64,000 nt of DNA from Treponemataceae bacterium (GCA_963678065.2 CAXXVZ010000003.1:1536001-1600000); one strand, 5' to 3'. Counted from the first letter of the stretch, positions 8,976-19,324 are shown. The notes: generated from the sequence alone by a model not told the origin. Numbers and translations: made by a program.

Positions 8976-10775
8976 CTAGATTTGCACAGAAGGCGCCGAC
9001 AGAGGGAACCGGACTTCGACGAAGGTCCCCCGATCCGGGGCGCTCTCGATGCCCAGGCCGTATTCCGGTCCGAAAACGAGCTGGATGTGGCGGTTCGTGT
9101 TGAAAAGGCCGATGTGATCGCCCGGGTGGCTCTCGTCGCCCAGCGATTCGCGGATTTCGGAGAGTTTCTGCCCGTCCATCCCCGCGCCGTCATCTTCGAC
9201 GCCGATCAGAAGAATGCCCGCCGCTTCGTCGAGCCGGGCCTGTATCCGGATAGTCCCTTTGCCCTTCGCGTCCCTGATTCCATGATAGATCGAATTCTCC
9301 AGAAGTGGCTGCAGGAAGAATTTCACCACCTGGCAGGGCAGCGCCCTCCCGTCGATCTCCCACGCGACCTCGAATTTGTCCTTGTAGCGGAAAAGCTGAA
9401 TCGCCAGATAGCGTTTGGCCATGTCGATCTCGTCGCCCAGCGAGACGAACTCCGATTCCGCAAGGGAGTATTTCAGGAGCATCGACAGGTTCTTTATCAT
9501 ATCGGCCGCCTGAGAGGGTTTCCCTTCGTTGCCGAAAACCATCCAGTACAGGGACTCGAGAGTATTGAACAGAAAATGCGGATTCATCTGCGCGCGCAGG
9601 GCCTTCAGCTCGAGCACCTCGGCGCGCGCCTGACGCTCCGAGAGCTGGAGGGTGGCGTATCGCTGCTTCAGGAAGGTCCGGATAAGGGTCTCGACCATAT
9701 AGTCGTATTCATCGTGCCGCAGGGGCGGATTGTCAGGAAGGACTTCTCCCTCCTCGGCTTTCCGGAAAAGTTCCGTCACGGACGCGGTCCTGTGGGCATT
9801 CCTGCGGGCGAAGGACAGGGTTATCGCCACTCCGATGACGAGGGCGATTCCGAGCATCGCGAGAATCAGTCTCCGGAGCATGATGGAGAGCCCTTCCAGA
9901 CTTGAGGCCGGGATGATCGAGACGACATGCCAGCCATAGCGCGAGGTCGGCGATGAGTACACATAGAATGAATCGCCCTGCCAGGTTTGCCGGGAAAGCG
10001 CGTTTATTTCCCGTTTTTCCAGCGTCTTGCAGATCAGGCTCCGTTCTTTCCGGTTCTGGTTCGCGAGTATGAGATTGTCGTCGCTGTCCAGGAGGTAGAC
10101 TTCCTGACCGCGGAACACCGCGGCCCGGGATATCAGTCCGTCAAAGTGCTCTTTCTCGATATTCATCGCTATGACGCCGGTCCTGCCGTTGCCGGCCGGA
10201 AAGAGGCGTCTGTAGATGGTAAAAATCGACTCGGGCGCCCGCTCGAAGCCGAAGCGCCTGACCTCCCTCGTCTCGGTCCAGAGTAGCCGATCTTTTCTGG
10301 CGCCGGAGTAGGAGGCAAACCAATCCGCGTCGGGGTAGGTTTTTAACTCCACGATGCCCTCGCTCAGCGAGAGGAAACGGTCGGGGTGCTTGTCGAGGTA
10401 GAAATACACGGAGTCGACGTAGGGCCGGGCGTTGCTCTGCGCGCTCAGGATTTCGTTCAGCAGCTTGGAGAGACGGACCTCCTCGAAACTCAGCGATTTT
10501 CCGCCGAGCAGATTGTCCAGAGTGGATATCATCGTCATGTTGACGCTGAATGTAAGGTTGAGGGCGTCCAGCTCGAACATGGTCACGTCCACCATGTCCT
10601 TGAGGTTGTCCATCTGCCTGGTCGTCATGGTGGCGATCTCGCGGCTTATGAAATTGTCGGTGATATAGATGGCCGCCGAGCCGAGCATGAGGAGGGGAAG
10701 GACGACCGGCAAAAGGGAGAGAGCGAGTTTCCGCAGGAAGGACACCGCGGCTTTGTTCCTATGCGCGCGCCGCAC
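8976..10775 (-). CDS. YesM-like sensor histidine kinase
   Basis: Two TM segments; LRAQMNPHFLFNTL; LQPLLENSIYHG; DDGAG; HIGLFN. Confidence 0.93.
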   Translation of the reverse strand: MRRAHRNKAAVSFLRKLALSLLPVVLPLLMLGSAAIYITDNFISREIATMTTRQMDNLKDMVDVTMFELDALNLTFSVNMTMISTLDNLLGGKSLSFEEVRLSKLLNEILSAQSNARPYVDSVYFYLDKHPDRFLSLSEGIVELKTYPDADWFASYSGARKDRLLWTETREVRRFGFERAPESIFTIYRRLFPAGNGRTGVIAMNIEKEHFDGLISRAAVFRGQEVYLLDSDDNLILANQNRKERSLICKTLEKREINALSRQTWQGDSFYVYSSPTSRYGWHVVSIIPASSLEGLSIMLRRLILAMLGIALVIGVAITLSFARRNAHRTASVTELFRKAEEGEVLPDNPPLRHDEYDYMVETLIRTFLKQRYATLQLSERQARAEVLELKALRAQMNPHFLFNTLESLYWMVFGNEGKPSQAADMIKNLSMLLKYSLAESEFVSLGDEIDMAKRYLAIQLFRYKDKFEVAWEIDGRALPCQVVKFFLQPLLENSIYHGIRDAKGKGTIRIQARLDEAAGILLIGVEDDGAGMDGQKLSEIRESLGDESHPGDHIGLFNTNRHIQLVFGPEYGLGIESAPDRGTFVEVRFPLSAPSVQI

Positions 10776-11592
10776 CGCGGAGTCCCGTCGGAGAAGTTCC
10801 GAAGTGGCACCTGAAGGCGCGTATGAAACTCTTCGTGCTGGCGTATCCGACCATGGCGCTAATCTCGTGGACGCGCAGATTCCGGTTCCCGAGCAGCGCT
10901 TTCGCCCTGTTCATGCGCACATCGGTCAGAAGCTCAGAGAAGGTTTTGCCGGTCTCCGCGTGCAGACGGGTGCTGAGGTAGTTCGGACTCATTCCCAGAT
11001 GCCTGGCGGCCAGGGTGAGACTGATGTCCCTGAGATCTTTTTCAAAAAGTCCGGCGAGCCGCTCTGAAAGACCTGCCGGGGGCTTTGATGTCACGGAATG
11101 GCCGGCAGGATTCCCATCGCCCGCCTGTCGGTCGGCCTGGGGTCGGTCTGTCGAAAATCGCTCGGCCTGGAATCGGTCGGGACTCTCCGCACTAAGAATC
11201 GCGGAATTTGCGGCCGCCGCTTCCCTCTCCTTCACGAGTTTCGAGAAGACATCGTGAAGTTCCTCGTATCCCGCCGGTTTCACGATGTAATTCCTGATCC
11301 CCAGTTCGATCGCCTTCCTGGCGTAGTCGAAGTCCTTGTGCGCGCTTATGAAGACGATCTCGCAGGGATACTTCCGTTCCCTGACGATTTCCGCGAAGCG
11401 GATCCCGTCCATGCGGGGCATCCTGATGTCGCAGAGCAGGAGATCGAAGTGATTCTTCTCCATGAGTCCCAGGGCTTCCACGCCGTCTTCGCAGGTGGCG
11501 GCCACCTCTATGCCCAGGCTGGCCCAGGGAAAATACGAGGCGATGCCGTTGCGGATTCCGAACTCATCGTCGATTATCAGTATGCGGAGCAT
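10759..11592 (-). CDS. YesN-like response regulator (REC + AraC HTH)
   Basis: ILIIDDE, CDIRMPRMDG, KP motifs; C-terminal AraC HTH; start taken at MLRIL. Confidence 0.92.
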   Translation of the reverse strand: MLRILIIDDEFGIRNGIASYFPWASLGIEVAATCEDGVEALGLMEKNHFDLLLCDIRMPRMDGIRFAEIVRERKYPCEIVFISAHKDFDYARKAIELGIRNYIVKPAGYEELHDVFSKLVKEREAAAANSAILSAESPDRFQAERFSTDRPQADRQAGDGNPAGHSVTSKPPAGLSERLAGLFEKDLRDISLTLAARHLGMSPNYLSTRLHAETGKTFSELLTDVRMNRAKALLGNRNLRVHEISAMVGYASTKSFIRAFRCHFGTSPTGLRGAARA

Positions 11593-11773
11593 GGGCGGAT
11601 TGTACTGTAACGACCGGGCGCATGCCACAGGCCGAAAGTCCGACGCGGGATGTATGACTTCATCTAAAAAATCCAGACGGAACAGGCAGTGTTGCCTCAT
11701 CGAGAAATCTGACCGAAGGAAGGGCTGGCATCGGAGGATTTCATGTGTATGATGGCGCACAGAGGAGAACGAC

Positions 11774-12607
11774 GTGATCCACGAATCGATGAAGTTGTGG
11801 GAAAAGGATGAATACCGGGGCGCGAGGGAGGATGGTTTTCTTCCCGCTCTGGAAAGCTATGTGCTCGCCGGGGACAGGCTGCGGGCCGCGGTCATCATCT
11901 GCCCGGGCGGAGGCTACGAGTACACCTCGCCGAGGGAGGCGGAGCCGGCTGCGCTGCAGTTCAACGCCGCGGGTTTCCACGCGTTCGTGCTTCACTACAG
12001 CGTCGCCCCGAGACGGCACCCGATACCGCTCCTCGACCTTTCGCGCGCGGTATGCCTTGTCCGGGAACACGCGGCGGCCTGGAATATCAGGCCGGAGGGC
12101 ATCGTCGTCTGCGGTTTTTCCGCGGGAGCCCACCTCGCGGCGAGTCTCGGCGTTCACTGGAACAGGCCCTTCGCTTTGGATGCGCCCGGAATTTCCCGGG
12201 GACTCAATCGCCCCGATGCCCTCGTACTCTGTTATCCAGTAATTACATCAGGCGAATTTGCCCACCGGGGCTCATTCGAAAACCTTTTGGGCGCAGCCGC
12301 CAGCCAGCACCTTCTCGAAGAAGTCTCGCTGGAGCGCCATGTCGACGAAGCGGTCCCGCCGACCTTTCTCTGGCACACTTTCGGGGACGGGGCCGTGCCG
12401 CTCGAGAACAGCCTGCTCTTTGCCACGGCTCTCAGGAAAAACAAGATTCCCTTCGAGCTGCACGTCTACCCGGAGGGGCAGCACGGCCTGTCTCTGGCGA
12501 CGGAAGAGACCGGCACCGATCAGCTGAAGGCCGATCCCCACGTCGCCACCTGGATGGACCTCTGCATCGAATGGATCGGGAAGACTGTCCCGCAGGCATC
12601 GGCCTGA
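11774..12607 (+). CDS. Alpha/beta hydrolase (carbohydrate acetylesterase-like)
   Basis: ICPGGGY, GFSAGAHLA, D...HGL catalytic motifs. Confidence 0.88.
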   Translation: MIHESMKLWEKDEYRGAREDGFLPALESYVLAGDRLRAAVIICPGGGYEYTSPREAEPAALQFNAAGFHAFVLHYSVAPRRHPIPLLDLSRAVCLVREHAAAWNIRPEGIVVCGFSAGAHLAASLGVHWNRPFALDAPGISRGLNRPDALVLCYPVITSGEFAHRGSFENLLGAAASQHLLEEVSLERHVDEAVPPTFLWHTFGDGAVPLENSLLFATALRKNKIPFELHVYPEGQHGLSLATEETGTDQLKADPHVATWMDLCIEWIGKTVPQASA

Positions 12608-12613
12608 ATCGGC

Positions 12614-12640
12614 CCCGGGCGGGCTCCAAGCCCGCCCGGG
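12614..12640. terminator. GC-rich hairpin between convergent genes
   Basis: CCCGGGCGGGC-TCCAA-GCCCGCCCGGG. Confidence 0.55.
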
Positions 12641-12684
12641 AGTCTTGCGCAGGCGTCATATTCCGGGCTTCGATCCACTCTCCC

Positions 12685-13926
12685 TCATTCGACCTTGATC
12701 CACCGCAGAACCTCGCCGAGCTTCACCCGCTTGCCCGACATGAGGATGCCGACGCGGAAGACCTTGGCCGCCAGCGCCGACATCCCGTACACGGAGAATA
12801 GAAGGAGAAAGATGCAGAGCGCGAGCTGCCAGACCGGAGGCGGGGCGATGAGGATGCGGATGAGCATCACGATGGGGCTCGTCATGGGGAAGAGCGAGAA
12901 GGCCACCGCGACGGGCGATCCGGGATTCATGACGAAACCGGAGATCATCACGAGGGGTATGATGAGAAACATGAGGAGCGGCCAGGCGAGCTGCCCCAGA
13001 TTGTGCTCGTCCTCGGAGGCCGCGCCGAGGGCCGCGTAGGCCGCCGCGTACAGGAAAAACGCGAGGACGAAAAAGACAACGAGCCAGAGCAGGTTCGCGG
13101 GCGTTATTGCCGCCGGAACCGCGATGTTCATGGCCGGTCCGACGAGCTTGACGAGGACGAGAGCGACGGAAACCCAGATTCCGTACTGGAGGATTCCCGC
13201 GCAGCCGAGACCGAGAATCTTCCCGAACATGAGCTCGCGGGCCGAAACACTCGAGAGCATCACCTCGACCGTCTTGGATGTCTTCTCCTGCACGACGGAG
13301 CGGCCGATCATCTGTCCGTAGAGGAGCACTGTCATGTAGAGCATCATGACGAAACTCATCGCGGTGAAGAGAATGGACAGGAAGTCGCCATCTCCCGCCG
13401 CCTTTTCGGAGGCGTCGGCGCCGATTTTGAGCACGCGCAGCTCGACACCAGCCGTAAGCCGGGCGGCGAGTTCGGGGGAGATGCCCGAGGCCGCGATCCG
13501 ACTTTCCCGCGCCGCGGCGTCGAGTATCCGTCCGACGATTCCGTAGAGGGCGGCGTCCGTGCCCGTCTTGGTGTAGAGCCGGGCGCCTGCGGTTTCCCAT
13601 CCGCCGTCGAGAGCGACGAGACCGGAGTATTCGCCCGATACGACCTTCTTTTTCGCCTCGGCCTGCCCGGCCTCGCCGATATCGATGAGCGCTGTCTTTC
13701 TGCCTTGCGACTCGAGGACGCCCGCCAGCGTCCCGGCGATCCGCGGATCGGCCGAGGCGATGGCGACGGGGGAAGAGCCGCCCATGCCGCCCTTGGAGGA
13801 CAACAGGCCCGGCAGCACTGTCACGGCCAGAATCAGGAAGGGCCCGAGTATCGTGAGGACGACGAAGGCCTTGTTCGCCGCCGCGAGACGGAACTCGTGC
13901 TTCACTATCGTGGCAAGCTTATTCAT
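12685..13926 (-). CDS. ABC-2 type exporter permease (NatB/YhaP-like)
   Basis: SVVQEKTSKTVEVMLSSV...GKILG; start at MNKLAT. Confidence 0.88.
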   Translation of the reverse strand: MNKLATIVKHEFRLAAANKAFVVLTILGPFLILAVTVLPGLLSSKGGMGGSSPVAIASADPRIAGTLAGVLESQGRKTALIDIGEAGQAEAKKKVVSGEYSGLVALDGGWETAGARLYTKTGTDAALYGIVGRILDAAARESRIAASGISPELAARLTAGVELRVLKIGADASEKAAGDGDFLSILFTAMSFVMMLYMTVLLYGQMIGRSVVQEKTSKTVEVMLSSVSARELMFGKILGLGCAGILQYGIWVSVALVLVKLVGPAMNIAVPAAITPANLLWLVVFFVLAFFLYAAAYAALGAASEDEHNLGQLAWPLLMFLIIPLVMISGFVMNPGSPVAVAFSLFPMTSPIVMLIRILIAPPPVWQLALCIFLLLFSVYGMSALAAKVFRVGILMSGKRVKLGEVLRWIKVE

Positions 13927-14872
13927 GGTTGGATTCTCCCTCGCCGTTCGCGGCGGTTTCGCGAACGGGCTCCTTCTCCGCATCCCTTCCGCCGACAAGG
14001 GCGACGAAAATTTTGTGCAGCGAGGGCGTCATCGTCTCGAATCTGCGTATTCTGATTTTGTCCGCAATCGCGGCGAGCAGCATTTCGCTGTCGGCGTCGT
14101 TCTTCAACGTCACATCGATCCAGCGCGGGAAAGCCGAAACGCTCTCCACCATCGGAAGCGCCGCGATGAAAGACCCGTCGCCGTCGAACTCGAGCTGGAC
14201 CGCGTTGCGGCCATATCGGTCCTTGACCTCGCCCACGCTGCCCGAAACGACTTCGCGCCCCCTGTCCATAATGAGGATGCGGTCGCAGATTTTTTCGGCG
14301 TGCTCCATCACATGGGTCGAAAAGAGAACCGTCTTGCCCTGCTTTTTGAGCTCGACCATGGATTCGAGGAGAAGGTCCTGCGATACGGGATCGAGGCCCG
14401 AAAACGGCTCGTCGAACAGAATGAGGTCGGGATCGTGAACGATGCTTCCGATGAACTGGACTTTCTGGGCCATGCCCTTGGACAGCTCGTCGATTTTCCG
14501 CTTCTTCCATCCGGCAAGGTCGAATTTTTCGAGCCAGCGATCGGAGGATTCGCGCGCCGCCGACTCCTTCATGCCCTTGAGCGTCGCGAGGTAAAGGAGC
14601 ATCTGGTCGACCCGCACTTTCTTGTATAGGCCGCGCTCCTCGGGCAGATAGCCGATCCGCGACTTCATCTTCTCGGAAAAGGCCGCCCCGTCGAAGCGGA
14701 TTCTGCCTTCATCGGGGGCGATAATGTTCATGATCATGCGGATCGTCGTCGTTTTTCCGGCGCCGTTCGGCCCGATGAGTCCGAAAATCCCGCCGGCGCC
14801 GGTGCTGAAAGAAAGGCCGTTCACGGCAGGCACATTTCTGTAGAATTTCTTTACATTTTCCACTGAGAGCAC
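13919..14872 (-). CDS. ABC transporter ATP-binding protein
   Basis: GPNGAGKTT, LSKGM, DEPFSGLD; GTG start after GGAGGAGG. Confidence 0.92.
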   Translation of the reverse strand: MLSVENVKKFYRNVPAVNGLSFSTGAGGIFGLIGPNGAGKTTTIRMIMNIIAPDEGRIRFDGAAFSEKMKSRIGYLPEERGLYKKVRVDQMLLYLATLKGMKESAARESSDRWLEKFDLAGWKKRKIDELSKGMAQKVQFIGSIVHDPDLILFDEPFSGLDPVSQDLLLESMVELKKQGKTVLFSTHVMEHAEKICDRILIMDRGREVVSGSVGEVKDRYGRNAVQLEFDGDGSFIAALPMVESVSAFPRWIDVTLKNDADSEMLLAAIADKIRIRRFETMTPSLHKIFVALVGGRDAEKEPVRETAANGEGESNHE

Positions 14873-14988
14873 TGTGTTGTCCTCCTCCGGAGCCATGGGC
14901 AGCGACGCATCCACCTGCGCGCCGCCCCGATCCGTCGCGAAACGGGTCCGAGCCCGCTTCAGTGCTCAATTCTATCACACCCGGCGCT

Positions 14989-16293
14989 TCATATCATGGA
15001 CGCGGCAGCGATGCCTCGCTCGATGTCGGCGAGTATATCGTCGATATCCTCGATGCCGATCGAGAGGCGGACGAGGTCGGGGCTGAGGCCCCCCTCGATC
15101 TGCTGTTTTTCGCTGAGCTGGGAGTGCGAAGTGCTCGATGGGTGGAGGGCGAGGGATTTCGCGTCGCCGACATTGGCGAGGTGCGAGAAGAGCCTGAGCC
15201 CTTCGATGAATTTCTCTCCGCCCGCGCGGCCGCTTTTGAGGCCGAAGACGACCATGCCGCCTGATCCGCGCTTGAGCAGCTTTTTGTTCAGGTCGAAGGA
15301 AGGATCTCCCTCGAGCCCTGGGTAGCGCACCCACGCGACTTCTTTCCGCGCGTTGAGGAAGCGCGCGACCGCAAGGGCGTTTTCGCAGTGGCGCGGCATG
15401 CGGACGTGGAGGGTCTCGATGCCCTGGAGGAAGAGCCATGCATTGTCCGGCGAGAGGCAGGCGCCGAGGTTGCGAAGGGGAACAGTGCGGAAGCGCAGGG
15501 CGAAGGCGATTTTCGCGAGCTCGGGCGGCAGATCCAAGGCCCAGCGCAGGCCATGGTAATTCTTGTCCGGCTGCGTAAAGTGCGTAAACTTCGGGTCCGA
15601 CCAGTCGAAGCTCCCCGCGTCGGTGACGATGCCGCCGATGGCCGTGCCGTGGCCGCCTAACCACTTCGTGAGCGAGTTGATCACGACGTCGGCTCCGTGT
15701 TCGATGCTGCGGAGGAGGTAGGGCGTCGTGAAGGTCGCGTCGACGACGAGGGGCAGATGGTGCTTTTTCGCGATGGCCGAGATGGCGTCGATGTCGGCGA
15801 GATCGAGGGCCGGATTCCCGATTGTTTCTATATAGATGAGTCTGGTCTTATCATTGACGGCCGCCTCGAATGAGGCCGGATCGCGGATGTCGGCGAAGCG
15901 CGTCGTGATGCCGAGATCGGGCAGGATCGCTTCAAACATCGTGTAGGATCCGCCATACAGGTTGGAGGCCGACACGATCTCGTCGCCCGCGCGGGCGATC
16001 GTGATGACGGTATTGAAGATTGCGCTCGTTCCCGAGGAGACGGCCACGGACGCGGCGCCGCCCTCGAGTTCGGTCACGCGGGATTCAAGGACTTCGTTGG
16101 TGGGATTGCCGAGGCGGGAGTAGATGTTTCCGAATTCCTGCAAGGCGAAGAGCCGTGCGGCGTGGGCCGTGTCCTTGAACACATAGGAGCTGGTTCTGTA
16201 GAGGGGAACTGCGCGCGAAAGGGTGACGGGATCCGGGTTCTGGCCGGCATGGACGGAAGCTGTGGCGAATCCGGGTTTGGGGCTGGATGACAT
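14989..16293 (-). CDS. metY: O-acetylhomoserine aminocarboxypropyltransferase / sulfhydrylase
   Basis: GNIYSRLGNPT, SLTKWLGGHG (PLP Lys), ANVGDAKSL, HPSSTSHSQL. Confidence 0.92.
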   Translation of the reverse strand: MSSSPKPGFATASVHAGQNPDPVTLSRAVPLYRTSSYVFKDTAHAARLFALQEFGNIYSRLGNPTNEVLESRVTELEGGAASVAVSSGTSAIFNTVITIARAGDEIVSASNLYGGSYTMFEAILPDLGITTRFADIRDPASFEAAVNDKTRLIYIETIGNPALDLADIDAISAIAKKHHLPLVVDATFTTPYLLRSIEHGADVVINSLTKWLGGHGTAIGGIVTDAGSFDWSDPKFTHFTQPDKNYHGLRWALDLPPELAKIAFALRFRTVPLRNLGACLSPDNAWLFLQGIETLHVRMPRHCENALAVARFLNARKEVAWVRYPGLEGDPSFDLNKKLLKRGSGGMVVFGLKSGRAGGEKFIEGLRLFSHLANVGDAKSLALHPSSTSHSQLSEKQQIEGGLSPDLVRLSIGIEDIDDILADIERGIAAASMI

Positions 16294-16554
16294 AGTGATC
16301 TCCTGACTGTTCGGGCTTGCCGCGTGCGCGGTTTCACATCTGCGGGTTCTCTGCCCGGATGTGGTGCAGTCGTGCTGCGCATGCAGCCGGACCGCGTTCG
16401 ATGTATGCCCCTGCCTGCCTGAAGATCGACGATCTCCTCACTGGCGGGGCTTTCCCATGCTCCATACCGACATGGCGACTCCTGTGGCGGTTTCCCCGCC
16501 GATTGACCTGAACAGGTGATATCATGGTATTGACATTGTGTCTAGAGATAAATG

Positions 16555-16577
16555 ATACTAAAAAGGTCTTGATAGGA
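16555..16577. promoter_or_regulatory. Candidate Rrf2 operator, site 1
   Basis: ATACTAAAAAGGTCTTGATAGGA downstream of TTGACA (16530); matches sites at 18903 and 21698. Confidence 0.65.
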
Positions 16578-16583
16578 GAATTT

Positions 16584-17009
16584 ATGGGAATAATTTCGAC
16601 CAGAAGCAGATATGGCCTGCGTCTCCTCGCGGACATAGCCGGTCAGGCCAAATCGGGGCCCATCGACCTCGGATCGATCGCCCAGAGGCAGTGCATACCC
16701 GAGAAATACCTCGCCAAGCTCGTCATTCCCCTCAAGGGGGCGGGATTGCTGCGTTCGGCGAGGGGCGCCCACGGCGGCTATGAACTCACACGTCGGCCGG
16801 AGACCATCAATCTGCAGAGACTCGTGGAGGTGCTGGAGGGAAGTTCGTCTCTCCTCTCCTGTACGGCCGAACCGGAAACCTGCGGCCGATCATCGACATG
16901 CAAGGCGCGGAGCATCTGGATGGGCCTGGAAAAGGCCATCCGGGATTACCTCTCGGGAGTGAGCGTCGCCGACGCCATCGAGACTCCCGGCGCCGACTAC
17001 ACGATCTGA
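16584..17009 (+). CDS. Rrf2-family regulator (IscR/CymR-like) with three Cys
   Basis: [22 protein letters not shown] wing, C-x6-C-x5-C. Confidence 0.92.
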   Translation: MGIISTRSRYGLRLLADIAGQAKSGPIDLGSIAQRQCIPEKYLAKLVIPLKGAGLLRSARGAHGGYELTRRPETINLQRLVEVLEGSSSLLSCTAEPETCGRSSTCKARSIWMGLEKAIRDYLSGVSVADAIETPGADYTI

Positions 17010-17055
17010 CAGGCCCGGGCATCGTCGCGGGCTTCGTCGTATACAAGGAATACAC

Positions 17056-17994
17056 ATGCGATACGCGGAAAAAATTACCGATCTCATCGGGAACACCCCC
17101 CTCGTCAAAATCGACTTCGGCGGGAACGCTTCCCACGCCCTCGTCCTCGCGAAGCTCGAATCCTTCAATCCCTGGTCCAGCGTAAAGGACCGCATCGGAT
17201 TCGCCATGATCGAGGACGCGGAGAAACGCGGCGTCCTCAAGCCGGGAGCCGTCATCGTCGAACCGACGAGCGGAAACACGGGCATAGCCCTCGCGGCCGT
17301 CGCGGCGGCGAAGGGTTACCGGATCATCCTGACCATGCCGGAGACGATGAGCGTCGAGCGGCGCAGGCTCCTTCTCGCCTTCGGCGCCGAACTCGTCCTC
17401 ACGGAAGGTCCCAAGGGCATGAAGGGCGCCATCGCGCGGGCCGAAGAGATAGCGGCCGAGGTGCCGGGTTCCTTCATCCCCTCGCAGTTCGCGAATCCGG
17501 CCAACCCCGAAATCCACCGCCGGACGACCGCCGAGGAGATCTGGAATGACACCGACGGAAAGGTCGACATCGTCGTGGCCGGAGTCGGGACGGGAGGGAC
17601 GATCACCGGTCTGGCCTCGGCCCTCAAAGCCAAGAAAGAGTCGGTGTACGCCGTAGCCGTGGAGCCGGCAGACTCGCCCTTCCTCAAAGAGGGCCGCGCG
17701 GGACCGCACAAGATCCAGGGCATCGGGGCGGGATTCGAGCCGGCCGTGTTCGACCGGAAAGTCGTCGACGAGATCGTCGCCGTGAAGCATGAGGACGCGG
17801 GTGTTGTGGCCAGGCGGCTCGCCAAAGAGGAGGGAATCCTCGTCGGCATCTCATCGGGAGCGGCGCTCTGGGCGGCCCTGCGGCTGGCTGAGCGTCCGGA
17901 AAACGCGGGCAAGGTGATCGTCGTCGTCCTGCCCGATACCGGCGAGCGCTATCTGTCGACCTGGCTCTTCGAGGAGCCGGCGACCGGGGCATAG
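17056..17994 (+). CDS. cysK: Cysteine synthase A
   Basis: [38 protein letters not shown]. Confidence 0.96.
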   Translation: MRYAEKITDLIGNTPLVKIDFGGNASHALVLAKLESFNPWSSVKDRIGFAMIEDAEKRGVLKPGAVIVEPTSGNTGIALAAVAAAKGYRIILTMPETMSVERRRLLLAFGAELVLTEGPKGMKGAIARAEEIAAEVPGSFIPSQFANPANPEIHRRTTAEEIWNDTDGKVDIVVAGVGTGGTITGLASALKAKKESVYAVAVEPADSPFLKEGRAGPHKIQGIGAGFEPAVFDRKVVDEIVAVKHEDAGVVARRLAKEEGILVGISSGAALWAALRLAERPENAGKVIVVVLPDTGERYLSTWLFEEPATGA

Positions 17995-18134
17995 AGTGGA
18001 GCGATGCCGGTTTTTCGAGGCCGGAACCGGAAGAGCGCGATCCGCCCGCGCCGCTTCCGGCCGGGCATCTCCAGGACAGGATGCCGCAGCGTGGCACTTG
18101 AAAGCCCGGACCGACAGCAGCTACCATCCGATCC

Positions 18135-18851
18135 GTGAAAAGCGCTGAAAACACTATAGCAAAGCTCACGGAAGTGGCGCTGCGCCGGTATTCGATGATA
18201 GAAGAGGGCGACCGGATTCTCGTCGCCGTATCGGGCGGAAAGGATTCGACCACCCTGGCCTGGGATCTCGCCATGAAGCGGCGCTGGTGGCCCGTGAAGT
18301 ACGAAGTCCGCGCTATCCACATCGCATCGGATTTCTGCTCCTGCTGCAAGAAAACCTCGCTCGTGCAGCTGCTCGAATCCTGGGACCTGCCCTACGTTTC
18401 CGTGGACGTCCCGATCATCGGCCGGCTCAAGCCGGGCCGCTCCATGAACTGCTACTGGTGCTCCACCCAACGCCGGACTGAACTCATCCAGTACGCCGTC
18501 AGGGAAGGATTCACGAAGATCGCCCTCGGTCACCATCTCGACGACATGGTCGAAACCCTTCTCATGAACATGCTCCACAAGGGGCAGATCTCGGGCATGC
18601 TGCCCAGACTGAAATACGATAAATTCCCCGTGTCGATAATCCGCCCGCTCGCCCTATGCGAGGAGCGCCAGATCGTCGCCTTCGCCGAAGAGAAGGGCTT
18701 CCGCTCCGCCGCCTGCACCTGTCCCTACGGCGTCGATTCGAAGCGCCGCGAGGTGCGCAGGCGCATCGCTACCCTCACCGGAGGATCGAGCGACCAAAAA
18801 CGCCGGCTCTTCGACTCGATGTCGAACATCAACCTGGAGTATCTGGCCTGA
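18135..18851 (+). CDS. ttcA: TtcA-family tRNA 2-thiocytidine biosynthesis protein
   Basis: PP-loop SGGKDS, CYWC, GHHLDD, IIRPL. Confidence 0.8.
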   Translation: MKSAENTIAKLTEVALRRYSMIEEGDRILVAVSGGKDSTTLAWDLAMKRRWWPVKYEVRAIHIASDFCSCCKKTSLVQLLESWDLPYVSVDVPIIGRLKPGRSMNCYWCSTQRRTELIQYAVREGFTKIALGHHLDDMVETLLMNMLHKGQISGMLPRLKYDKFPVSIIRPLALCEERQIVAFAEEKGFRSAACTCPYGVDSKRREVRRRIATLTGGSSDQKRRLFDSMSNINLEYLA

Positions 18852-18902
18852 TTCGCCCGTGCTTATGGCGCGGTTCTGTTGACAGCTGGCTGCAAGGCTA
18901 TT

Positions 18903-18925
18903 AGACTAATAAGGTCTTAATAGGA
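18903..18925. promoter_or_regulatory. Candidate Rrf2 operator, site 2
   Basis: AGACTAATAAGGTCTTAATAGGA, after TTGACA and overlapping the RBS. Confidence 0.65.
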
Positions 18926-18931
18926 ATAAAC

Positions 18932-19228
18932 ATGAGTCTGATACCAACACGTTCACGCGGCATCGTGCGCTCTGCCCGCGGCGCGCACGGCGGCTACGAG
19001 CTCGCGCGTGGCGCGGGCGAGATATCGCTGCTCCAGGTCGTCGAAGTGCTGGAAGGCCGGACTTCGCTTCTGGAGTGCACCGCCGCCCCGGCCTCCTGCC
19101 CCCGCTCAGGGGAATGCCGCACACTGCCGGTGTGGACGGGGCTCGACAACGCGGTCAAGAACTATCTCGGCGGTCTTTCGGTCGCGGACGCCGCGGCCAC
19201 GAGAGGTAGCGGCGAGTATTCCATCTGA
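18932..19228 (+). CDS. Rrf2 paralog lacking the HTH (44-aa in-frame deletion); short protein or pseudogene
   Basis: Aligns to 16584-17009 at both ends; TRSR joins directly to GIVRSARG; three Cys retained. Confidence 0.8.
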   Translation: MSLIPTRSRGIVRSARGAHGGYELARGAGEISLLQVVEVLEGRTSLLECTAAPASCPRSGECRTLPVWTGLDNAVKNYLGGLSVADAAATRGSGEYSI

Positions 19229-19324
19229 GCCGAAACCCGGCAGCCATCTCGCCATCCGCGATGCGACCCGCGCGACACCGATTGCCGCCCTCCTTGGGAC
19301 CGCAGGATTGAGGGCGCACCGCCT

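Noticed and set aside
16293..16473. Selenocysteine read-through joining the 11-aa uORF in frame to metY
   Set aside because: It is in frame, but the extension is not protein-like, metY has its own AGGAG RBS, and no SECIS was recognised
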